Shown here: in pieces, positions 27,931-35,390 of the stretch
Layout of the letters: every line of letters starts with the position of its first letter
Position numbering within the stretch: the first letter of the stretch is position 1
Source: an uncultured Bacteroidota bacterium
Lineage (GTDB): Bacteria; Bacteroidota; Bacteroidia; Bacteroidales; UBA12481
Assembly (NCBI GenBank): GCA_903851365.1
Contig: CAINOB010000082.1
Coordinates: 7,590 to 71,589, forward strand
Length of the DNA stretch: 64,000 bases
Direction of reading: 5' to 3'
Notes under the pieces: generated by a model
The model's database searches: none
Told to the model about the DNA's origin: nothing
Seen by the model: only the letters and a program-made list of their open reading frames with translations
Position numbers and translations under genes: made by a program

Positions 27931-28490
27931 ATGAAAACACCAAAACCTTATTGCATTGAACCAAAGAATATCAGAGCATTTGTTTTAGGTTGCGATCCCA
28001 CCGGTTTTGGTAAACATTATGACCAGATAGAATTTGAAACCGTTTTCGGAATAGGGAAAGATGCTCGATACTTTGCTGGCATTGAACCCAATCTTAAATT
28101 ATTGGGCCTCAACAAGGGCCAAATCTACGTCCAGAACATGGTAACCGAATACCAGGATGAAGGATCTTCAAAAACCAAAAATTGGATTTCCAATGCCGAG
28201 AAGTTTATTGGCCCCAGGCTTGCTGAATTTGATCTGGTTTATCCGCTCCGGATAACGCCTGTATTTTTAACATCGAAATTGTTGTACAAGGCTCTCTTGA
28301 ATAGGTTGGAGAAACCTTATTCTGCAAAAGAACTGTATAATCTGCCGATGATTATTCCAATTCCGGCAACCACCAATTCGCTCTTTCTGCCACTATCCCT
28401 TTGTATAGACACCCTGCATATTCGTTGAAAATCAATGTTGAATATGCTCAAAGGATTAAGACCTGGATGAATAAGGTGGCCAACCCTTAA
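27931..28490 (+). pseudogene. UDG-superfamily (family 4-like) protein, apparently frameshifted near 28375-28385
   Basis: The track ORF (27931-28428) has AFVLGCDPTG...YFAG...LGLNKGQIYVQNMV, laid out like UDG motif A and its downstream region. The adjacent frame (28341-28490) encodes ...IPLYRHPAYSLKINVEYAQRIKTWMNKVANP, resembling family-4 motif B (tYHPAyLLR). Confidence 0.45.
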
Positions 28491-28518
28491 AATCGGTATG
28501 TGAATATTAAAGGGAAGA

Positions 28519-28878
28519 CTAATTCAACCCAATTACCCAATCTTCGCTATACTTATTTTCCAGTATGATCCTGGCAAGAAAAAAGGCTTCGTAACGACCG
28601 GTATCTGGACGTGGGCATAGGTTGTTAAAACGCAACAGAACTACCCTGGGGTTCACAATGACCGTCACTGCTCCAGCCTGTTTACTTTGCCGGCTGAAAA
28701 CGTTTTGGTGATAATCCAAATGGTGCAATTTGTTATAATGAATCCGATGGTTGGGGTAAGGATCCTGGTCATTACCAAAAAAAAGGTCTGGATCAATGCC
28801 GTGTTTGGATAACTGGTCAATTAATTTTTTTGAAGGCAAGTTGTCTTCGGGGTGATCTTTGGGATTGAACGGAATCAT
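28519..28878 (-). CDS. hypothetical protein (119 aa from the ATG at 28878)
   Basis: ORF only, His/Pro/Asp-rich N-terminal half, no recognisable family. Confidence 0.35.
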   Translation of the reverse strand: MIPFNPKDHPEDNLPSKKLIDQLSKHGIDPDLFFGNDQDPYPNHRIHYNKLHHLDYHQNVFSRQSKQAGAVTVIVNPRVVLLRFNNLCPRPDTGRYEAFFLARIILENKYSEDWVIGLN

Positions 28879-29217
28879 TGTGCGAAGGTTAGGTAGCCTT
28901 GTACGGTGAAACAGGTTTCTTTGTTGCAAAATCTAACCGCGTCATTTTTCGGCAGACTCTGGGATACTAAATGATGATACAACCTTGGTTAAGGAAAATT
29001 CACGTATCTTGGATTAACTAAAATTTTAAGAATAGAACAGACATAAAAGTGTTGAAATAGAATATATTGGACTTTTGGTAACTCTCACATCCGAAACCGC
29101 CAGATCAGATTTCCGAGGAGTTAACCATTTGACCACGCATGGCGTGGGCTTTGGTTTACTTCGGAAATGGTGCCTGGCGGCGCCTGGATGCGGGTAAATC
29201 GGGTCCACGTTCTGCTT

Positions 29218-30087
29218 ATGGAAAGATCGAATAACAAAAACGGTGATACTTTCAGAAAAGAACTTTCTGGCGCTGATGGCATATTTCTGGTGACTTTCAA
29301 GAGATATGGGGAAACATGGGTGCCGTTAGGATGTTTACATGACTTGGGTGAACGAATTGATGCTCTGCGATTAAGAATGTCTGATAGTATTATGCCTCTT
29401 TTATACAGAATAAAGGATCATATCCTGAATGAGTATCCGCTCGAAGTCAACAACCTGCGATTTGGTGCTTCTATCTTTGGCAAATGGTTTGCCCCGATTA
29501 GTCTTGACACTTTACAAGAAATCACCGATAGTAAATTAGGCAGGCAGGGTGATGAGGACTTTGAAATTCGGTTTTGGATTGATTGTTATGAAAATAATAA
29601 TGGCGCATTGATCCATTGGGGTGCAACGATTAGTATCCTTTATGGAGAAGAACCTTGGTATGATGAAGAATTAGAAACTAATTACCCAATTTGGTTTTTG
29701 TACATAGAAAATAAGTTCACACCGATTGAAATTCCATTATCGGATGAAAAAATGCGAGTAATTATTCATAAGGCCATGAGGGAGTTAAAAATGGATTTAG
29801 ACCATGCTTCCATTATAAATCCTGTAATCGCCTGGAATATTGCGCTTAACATTGCACATCATATCTTGAATATTCCAGAAGATAATCTGATGGTCTATGA
29901 TGAGAAACCAGCGGGTTTCTCTGTTTCAGGGTTAAATATCCGGCAACCATCTTGGTTTATTTATGGGCCAATGGTAGGTGCATGGGATTTTCGGTATAAC
30001 TACTCCCAAGAGTGTCAAGTCGTTGTGATTTCAATGTCAACCGGTAAGATCCTTTATACGGGACTCAACAATGGTGATTTGGAATGA
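29218..30087 (+). CDS. hypothetical protein, paralog A of a tandem pair
   Basis: Shares DSIMPLL, ALNIAHHIL.IPED.LMVY.EKP and PSW(F/Y)I.GP blocks with the next ORF. The internal ATG at 29218 (MERSNNK) is preferred. Confidence 0.5.
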   Translation: MERSNNKNGDTFRKELSGADGIFLVTFKRYGETWVPLGCLHDLGERIDALRLRMSDSIMPLLYRIKDHILNEYPLEVNNLRFGASIFGKWFAPISLDTLQEITDSKLGRQGDEDFEIRFWIDCYENNNGALIHWGATISILYGEEPWYDEELETNYPIWFLYIENKFTPIEIPLSDEKMRVIIHKAMRELKMDLDHASIINPVIAWNIALNIAHHILNIPEDNLMVYDEKPAGFSVSGLNIRQPSWFIYGPMVGAWDFRYNYSQECQVVVISMSTGKILYTGLNNGDLE

Positions 30088-30145
30088 AGAATTGGAGAAA
30101 GGATAAAACAACATGGAAAGTGCCGGACTACTTAATGCTTGATGA

Positions 30146-30943
30146 ATGGAAGAACCAGATTTACCTCAGTTGGGATCCATCGAAGATCCGGCAGAACGAT
30201 TTGATGTTCTGTTAAGGAGGTTTGATGATAGCATCATGCCACTACTGAATAGGTTAAGGACCAAAATTCTGGCTAAATACTGTCTTCCAGAAAAAGACTT
30301 GCGAATATCAGTTCGTATTCATGGCGAATGGTATTCGCAAATTGAACTGGATTCGTTTTTTCAGATGGTCAAAACCGAGTTGGGTTATCAAGAGTATGAT
30401 GACTTCGACATAAAAGTAAAATTTGAATGTTTCTATTATTGCGAAGTTGGTTTGATCCGTTGGGGTACCACTGTTAGAATCTTTTATGATTGCGAAACAA
30501 GAGAAGGTCAAGAGTCAGATAAGGAGTATAGAGTTTGGCACTTCTACTTTAATAAGGAATACTGTAACCTTGAACAACAAGTATCTGCACCTGCTTATAG
30601 GAATTTTCTTGATGGAGCCATGGAGGAACTGCAAAATAATTTAGAACAGACTGCCCCTTTTACAGGAACAATCTCCTGGGATGCTGCACTTAATATCGCT
30701 CATCACATTCTTAAAATACCGGAGGATGATTTGATGGTTTATGGGGAGAAACCAGAAAATCTATCAGTTGAAAAGTTGTCTATCCAGGAGCCATCTTGGT
30801 ACATTCTGGGGCCGACGGTAAGTAATTGGGAAGAGGAACATTACTTCCAAGAGTTTGAGTCCGTGGTGATATCCAGATCAACCGGGAGAATATTTCAAAA
30901 AGGTCCTAATTATGTCGATTACCCATTTCCTGCCTTGAAGTAA
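30146..30943 (+). CDS. hypothetical protein, paralog B of a tandem pair
   Basis: 265 aa, collinear similarity to paralog A along the whole length. Confidence 0.5.
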   Translation: MEEPDLPQLGSIEDPAERFDVLLRRFDDSIMPLLNRLRTKILAKYCLPEKDLRISVRIHGEWYSQIELDSFFQMVKTELGYQEYDDFDIKVKFECFYYCEVGLIRWGTTVRIFYDCETREGQESDKEYRVWHFYFNKEYCNLEQQVSAPAYRNFLDGAMEELQNNLEQTAPFTGTISWDAALNIAHHILKIPEDDLMVYGEKPENLSVEKLSIQEPSWYILGPTVSNWEEEHYFQEFESVVISRSTGRIFQKGPNYVDYPFPALK

Positions 30944-30957
30944 TGTGACTCTCGTCT

Positions 30958-31245
30958 TTATGCTGGTCCAAGACTGCCAGGCCCTTCAATCAGGAATTTA
31001 GTAAAGAGTTCCTCCTCTTTGTTTGTCGTTCCAACAGGCATTTCCAGGTCTTTCAGTTTTGGAATCACAAAGGGCAACATGCGAATAATTGCGTCCAGCC
31101 GCTCTTTTGGGGTCATGAGATTTAAAGTTTGGTCTAATTGATCCAATTCAGTGGATACGGCAGATTTCAGGACTTCCCTGACATCCTTTGTTAGTTTATT
31201 CGGAGTTCCGGCTTGCCGGCCACCTGTTTTATTCTTTTTGTTCAT
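30958..31245 (-). CDS. hypothetical small basic protein of the island replication/maintenance module
   Basis: 95 aa. The N-terminal KNKTGGRQAGTPNKLTK motif is common in small phage or plasmid proteins. Lies downstream of the Rep-like gene. Confidence 0.4.
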   Translation of the reverse strand: MNKKNKTGGRQAGTPNKLTKDVREVLKSAVSTELDQLDQTLNLMTPKERLDAIIRMLPFVIPKLKDLEMPVGTTNKEEELFTKFLIEGPGSLGPA

Positions 31246-31263
31246 GGTCTATTCCTTTCTACT

Positions 31264-32652
31264 TTAGACTGATGCCGACAAACCTGCTAAAACCAGTTTG
31301 CGGGGGTTGATAAATGGTCTTTGGTCGAACAGGGCGGGGTGGTTTAATACATTATCGACTGCCTTTCGTGCGTTATTCTTGGGATTAAAGTACTCGTTTC
31401 TGATGGAATGAGCAATTTCACGAATCTGAACATCAACAGGGAAATTAGTCCATTTTGAACTCATCCGTTCATGTCGGATTGAAGAAAACATTTTGGGATC
31501 TGCAATCTGTAATTTTTTGAGGCCGGCTATTGATAAAAATCTTGATTCAGTTTTTTGATTGGTGATATCTAAACCGGTAACAGGACAATACTTTCTTAAC
31601 TCCGGAATCATGATGTTTAGGCCAACTGATGTGTGTGATTTTGAAGTTGGAGATTTCTGACCGTATAACAGAGTGTCAGAACTAACCACCTTTTTGTAAG
31701 TGCCTGAAATTGAGGTGGTCTTTTTGTTTACCAAAAACTGGTCAGAACTAACCATTCCTTGACCTTCGACTGGAATCGCAATTCGGTCAGAACTAACCAT
31801 TTCATCCAAATGGTCGATGTCTATCAGTTGTACTAATTCATCCCGGATTAAATCCGGCAATAAGGTGAAGGTGTTACCGTATTTCCGAACAGTTTTTTGA
31901 AAGTGAGTCCGTATCCGGCTGATGTGGGGCCCTTGTTGTTTTTCCCAAAAAATGGGGTTGTTCCCCTCAATTAATAGCGATTTATCCCGGTCTGATGTTA
32001 CGACCGACAAGTCGATGGATGGATCATAATAGATCAGTTCTTTGAATGCAGAAATTAAGCGTTCACCTAAATTCTCCCATATTTTCTGTTCGCATAAATC
32101 GCCCCATGCAAGACCTCCTGGGAATAGGTTTTCCATTTTATCGTACCTCAATTCAATCCGAAGGATATTTCCCTGGCTAAACTGCAATCCCTTATGGTAG
32201 ATTTTGATTTTGTACTGTGATCGTCTGACCTCGGAGTAATGCTCGCCTGGCAATTTTGTTTTGTTAACGGCAACACCCTTATGTGCTATGAGGTGTCCAA
32301 TAAAATCAGAAGGATTAAAAGGGGTAAGAAGGTTAATCCCGAACTCTAATACATTTACACGGTCTTGGGGTGAAATAAATGCAGATAACTCCGCTACTGT
32401 TTCACGGAACCTTGATAAAGTGAAACGGTTGTAGTTGTGCAGACCTTGATTGTAATATTTATGCACTGAACCCTGAGCCTTCACCTTGGGATATTCACCG
32501 GGAGTAATAGTGAAAACTAAATTTCGGAGTTTTGCTGACTGCTTCCCGTTTAATACCTGCCCGGTTCCTTCCTCAATGCTCATCGGAAAGTCTAACAATC
32601 GCTTGATACCAAGTCCGATTGCCAAATGGTTCGATTTAAAGAAGTCGATCAT
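31264..32652 (-). CDS. hypothetical protein, possible replication initiator (gene II/X-like rolling-circle Rep?)
   Basis: 462 aa. The segment AQGSVHKYYNQGLHNYNRF recalls the GS.hK...G.N motif of the phage/plasmid gene II/X Rep family. The CDS contains three iteron-like repeats, and its ATG overlaps the stop of the upstream HTH gene (TAATG). Confidence 0.35.
   Translation of the reverse strand: MIDFFKSNHLAIGLGIKRLLDFPMSIEEGTGQVLNGKQSAKLRNLVFTITPGEYPKVKAQGSVHKYYNQGLHNYNRFTLSRFRETVAELSAFISPQDRVNVLEFGINLLTPFNPSDFIGHLIAHKGVAVNKTKLPGEHYSEVRRSQYKIKIYHKGLQFSQGNILRIELRYDKMENLFPGGLAWGDLCEQKIWENLGERLISAFKELIYYDPSIDLSVVTSDRDKSLLIEGNNPIFWEKQQGPHISRIRTHFQKTVRKYGNTFTLLPDLIRDELVQLIDIDHLDEMVSSDRIAIPVEGQGMVSSDQFLVNKKTTSISGTYKKVVSSDTLLYGQKSPTSKSHTSVGLNIMIPELRKYCPVTGLDITNQKTESRFLSIAGLKKLQIADPKMFSSIRHERMSSKWTNFPVDVQIREIAHSIRNEYFNPKNNARKAVDNVLNHPALFDQRPFINPRKLVLAGLSASV
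31675..31799. repeat. three exact copies of GTCAGAACTAACCA (iteron-like) inside the Rep-like CDS
   Basis: Copies at 31675-31688, 31741-31754 and 31786-31799. Copies 2 and 3 share 17 nt (GGTCAGAACTAACCATT). Spacings are 66 and 45 bp. Confidence 0.8.
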
Positions 32653-32942
32653 TACCTTTTTCCGGAACGGATAATCTCTTTATAATCGAAAAGCCAACTG
32701 CCACCAATTAGGCTACCTTTTATAACTCCTGTTTTTCGCCATTTTGAAATCGTTTGACGAGATTTGTTTAATTTTTTTGCAAGGTCAGTGGTTGAGCATA
32801 ACTCTCGTGAATCTTGGGCGGAACCAGTTTGGCCTTCTCTTAGGAGTTTTTCAATGACTGCAAACCTGGCATTTAACTTTGAATCCAGGAATTGATCCAA
32901 ATCTTTGAGTGGGATGGTGACAATTTTAACCGTTGTTTCCAT
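32652..32942 (-). CDS. helix-turn-helix DNA-binding protein, excisionase-like
   Basis: DLAKKLNKSRQTISKWRKTGVIKGSLIGGSWLFDYKEI is an HTH_17/excisionase-type motif. The ATG at 32942 is preferred over the GTG at 32960. Confidence 0.65.
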   Translation of the reverse strand: METTVKIVTIPLKDLDQFLDSKLNARFAVIEKLLREGQTGSAQDSRELCSTTDLAKKLNKSRQTISKWRKTGVIKGSLIGGSWLFDYKEIIRSGKR

Positions 32943-33106
32943 TATAGTAATGATTATCACCTACAATAGTATAGCAATAATTTTTCATAATGAATCAGGT
33001 TTTACGAATTAAGGGGATTTAATACCCTTTCTTACTTCAAAACGGAATGGATTTTGCATGGCAAAATGATCGGCAGGCACCGATTTTTACCAAAACATCC
33101 GCTTCC

Positions 33107-33130
33107 GACCGCACCTGTCACCGCACCCAT
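33107..33130. repeat. subterminal tandem 12-mers GACCGCACCTGT-CACCGCACCCAT
   Basis: Related to 16125-16148, same orientation, ~54 bp inside the tRNA-proximal att repeat. Confidence 0.75.
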
Positions 33131-33184
33131 AAAATAATGAAGGCGCTAACTAATTTATAGTCAGCGCCTTTATGAAAATTCTCC

Positions 33185-33201
33185 GTACCCAGAGCCGGGG
33201 T
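33185..33201. repeat. att repeat, tRNA-proximal copy (GTACCCAGAGCCGGGGT)
   Basis: Identical to 15991-16007 and overlaps the 3' 16 nt of tRNA-Leu. Confidence 0.85.
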
Positions 33202-33269
33202 CGAACCGGCACAACATTGCTGTTACTGGTGTTTGAGACCAGCGCGTCTACCAATTCCGCCATCTGGGC
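33186..33269 (-). tRNA. tRNA-Leu (anticodon CAA), class II with a long variable arm
   Basis: The reverse complement folds as GCCCAGA acceptor / TCTGGGT-A, D-arm GGCGGAATTGGTAGACGC, anticodon stem-loop CTGGT-CTCAAAC-ACCAG, long variable arm and T-arm GGTTCGACCCC. No encoded CCA. Confidence 0.9.
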
Positions 33270-33291
33270 AAGTAGATAGAGCGGCAAAGAT

Positions 33292-33326
33292 AAAAAAAAC
33301 CCCGACAATCAAAGCCGGGGTTTTTT
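33292..33326. terminator. bidirectional rho-independent terminator
   Basis: A8-CCCCG-(11 nt loop)-CGGGG-T6, located downstream of the T9SS cargo gene stop at 33355. Confidence 0.7.
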
Positions 33327-33354
33327 GTGAAAGATGATTTTTTAAAGCCTTGCC

Positions 33355-35274
33355 TTAATTAACCACAACCATTTGCTTGGTTTGAACAAAGCTTCCAGCT
33401 CTCAGGGTGTAGAAATATATTCCGGGGTCGAGATTACTGGTTTCCAGGTTATAGGTATGCTTACCGGAGGGCATCATGCCATTATTGACTTCCATTACCT
33501 TGCGGCCGGTCAGGTCCATGACTTCAAAAATTACCTCTGAACCATTGATCAGCTCGTAATCTATGGTCGTGGAACCTTTGAATGGATTCGGATAATTCTG
33601 GCCCAGCGAAGCAGTACCTTTATTCAGGTCCATTCCATCGATCCGGTTGCCGTGGTCATTCAGGTTCAGGTGGATCATCAGGTTACGTTTACCAAAATAA
33701 TCGGTAACACCGGTTCTCGAACCGCCCCGGTAAATAGCCACAGTCGAAGATTCAGTCAGGGCCACAGTGTTATCTGTCCCTATTTCAAGACCATTATTCC
33801 TTCGGTCAAGGTAATTCGGATGGGTATTGTCAAAAGTTAGACCAGCATACACCTTATCGCCTTTTTTCAGGAATTCCGATTCTCCATCCTTGCTCAGAGG
33901 CATAGTAACCCAGGTATTAAAGTCGGCTGAATCAAGCTGCTTATTATCTGAAACGAGGATTTCCGGTGAAGCTTCAATGGCTTCGCCAGGATTTTGGAAA
34001 AAGAGTGAAAAATGGTAATTCAACATGGCATCAGCCAACCCGCCCGTAATGAATACAGAGATAGAGTTCACTTCGCAATCGTTGAATATCGGGAAAATGG
34101 AACCGCAGAAATGATTGGTTTCTTCAGCATCCGGAGTATTATAGGATTCTTTATTCATCGACCAACCCAATGTATTGACTGCACCCGACCGGGAATAAAT
34201 GCTGTCAGTTACATTGAACAATACGGTACGCTTGTTATTTGCCGTATTATCATCAACTACTTTCTGCTTGAATTCCCAATTAATTTTGTAATGTCCATAC
34301 TCGGCTGGAGCATATTTATCAGCTATTCTGGCGGTGTCAATGGTCAGAACATTGACATCGGTTGGGGCCGAAGTCTTATGGAAAACGCTGGTTCCATTTT
34401 TTGTGATGTCAAGATCGAGGTAGGCAGCTTCCTGATCATATTCGCCAAAGTTCAGGGCGCTCGACTCATAGTTCATGAATCCGCTGGCTGCTGTCAACTG
34501 TGATTTTGGAATGTTGGCGATCCAGGCCATGTGGGTAGCATCATCGCCATCGTCCCATTCCATTTTTACATAATTCATCGACAGGTCGTTATTATAGGCT
34601 TCAGATACCGTAAAATCATCAAATGCCCAATAATACATGTAGGTATCGAGCCAGTGCAAACGCATCTTGACTTCCGGCATACCTGCGGCGACATCAGAAA
34701 TGTTCATTTCCAGAAGGGCGGGTTCGCCTTTGGGTTTGTCTGCGGGGCGGTCCTTATGGCCACATCCGAAGTTGACATTATAGTTGGCTGAGTGAACCCA
34801 GTTATCGACCGATACTTCCAGCCACATATGGCATACACTATAGGCCATAAAGTGGGTTTGATAACGGACAACCACTGAGGAGTGATTACTGCAATTCAGG
34901 GTGGGGAAGCCCAATGCATTATCAACAGGCGTTGTTGTAACCACACCTGTACCCGACTGCCAGTTGAACTGTTCGATGAAGTTCGCCATGAAGCCGTTAG
35001 CCTTGGTGGTGGAATTCAGCGGAGGATCATTGGTATAAAGGGTGTGAAAACCTTCCGTTGCAGGCCACCAGACAAAATTGGTTCCATTATCAAGGTTGTC
35101 GACGAAATAATAACCAGCAGGGGCAGTCCAACCCTTGTCGTCGGCTGGATTAGCCCAGCCAAAAGTCTCTGAGAAAAAAACCTGGCCATTCCCCTTGGTC
35201 CCCGGGGTTTGAGCCTTTGTCGAAACTGCTGCAAACAGTGCGACGATTGCAAAAACGAGTGTAAACTTTTTCAT
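33355..35274 (-). CDS. secreted T9SS cargo protein (choice-of-anchor-J-like N-terminal domain, Por C-terminal sorting domain)
   Basis: Signal peptide MKKFTLVFAIVALFAAVSTKAQ. The C-terminal YPNPFKGSTTIDY...GIYFYTLRAGSFVQTKQMVVVN is a typical T9SS CTD. The ATG at 35274 is preferred over the TTG at 35280. Confidence 0.8.
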   Translation of the reverse strand: MKKFTLVFAIVALFAAVSTKAQTPGTKGNGQVFFSETFGWANPADDKGWTAPAGYYFVDNLDNGTNFVWWPATEGFHTLYTNDPPLNSTTKANGFMANFIEQFNWQSGTGVVTTTPVDNALGFPTLNCSNHSSVVVRYQTHFMAYSVCHMWLEVSVDNWVHSANYNVNFGCGHKDRPADKPKGEPALLEMNISDVAAGMPEVKMRLHWLDTYMYYWAFDDFTVSEAYNNDLSMNYVKMEWDDGDDATHMAWIANIPKSQLTAASGFMNYESSALNFGEYDQEAAYLDLDITKNGTSVFHKTSAPTDVNVLTIDTARIADKYAPAEYGHYKINWEFKQKVVDDNTANNKRTVLFNVTDSIYSRSGAVNTLGWSMNKESYNTPDAEETNHFCGSIFPIFNDCEVNSISVFITGGLADAMLNYHFSLFFQNPGEAIEASPEILVSDNKQLDSADFNTWVTMPLSKDGESEFLKKGDKVYAGLTFDNTHPNYLDRRNNGLEIGTDNTVALTESSTVAIYRGGSRTGVTDYFGKRNLMIHLNLNDHGNRIDGMDLNKGTASLGQNYPNPFKGSTTIDYELINGSEVIFEVMDLTGRKVMEVNNGMMPSGKHTYNLETSNLDPGIYFYTLRAGSFVQTKQMVVVN

Positions 35275-35317
35275 AAGCAAGGAGTATAAGTGAGTGTTAG
35301 TGAGTGCAATAATAAAA

Positions 35318-35377
35318 TTATAGTTGCCAACTTTTTAAAATTATAGTTGCCAACTTTTTAAAAGTTGGCAACTATAA
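35318..35377. terminator. duplicated left arm plus a 14-bp-stem hairpin (terminator of the upstream paralog)
   Basis: TTATAGTTGCCAACTTTTTAAAA occurs twice (35318-35340, 35341-35363), followed by GTTGGCAACTATAA (35364-35377). Confidence 0.7.
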
Positions 35378-35390
35378 ATATTTGGCCTTA

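Larger units (their letters stand above)
15991..33201. mobile_element. ~17.2-kb integrative genomic island inserted in the 3' end of tRNA-Leu(CAA)
   Basis: An exact 17-bp direct repeat bounds it, and one copy is the tRNA 3' end. It carries an integrase, an excisionase-like HTH gene, a Rep-like gene and R-M and orphan cargo. It looks more AT-rich than the flanks by eye. Confidence 0.8.

Noticed and set aside
29026-29208. A 60-aa minus-strand ORF lies in the gap before paralog A.
   Set aside because: It is short, has no motif, and overlaps the upstream extension of paralog A. The 6-bp-stem palindrome CCACGC-ATG-GCGTGG in the same gap is too small to interpret.
15991-33201. The island could be a prophage or an integrative conjugative element.
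   Set aside because: No capsid, portal, terminase, tail or lysis genes are recognisable, and no relaxase, coupling protein or T4SS genes either. Only integrase, HTH and Rep-like functions plus cargo are present.
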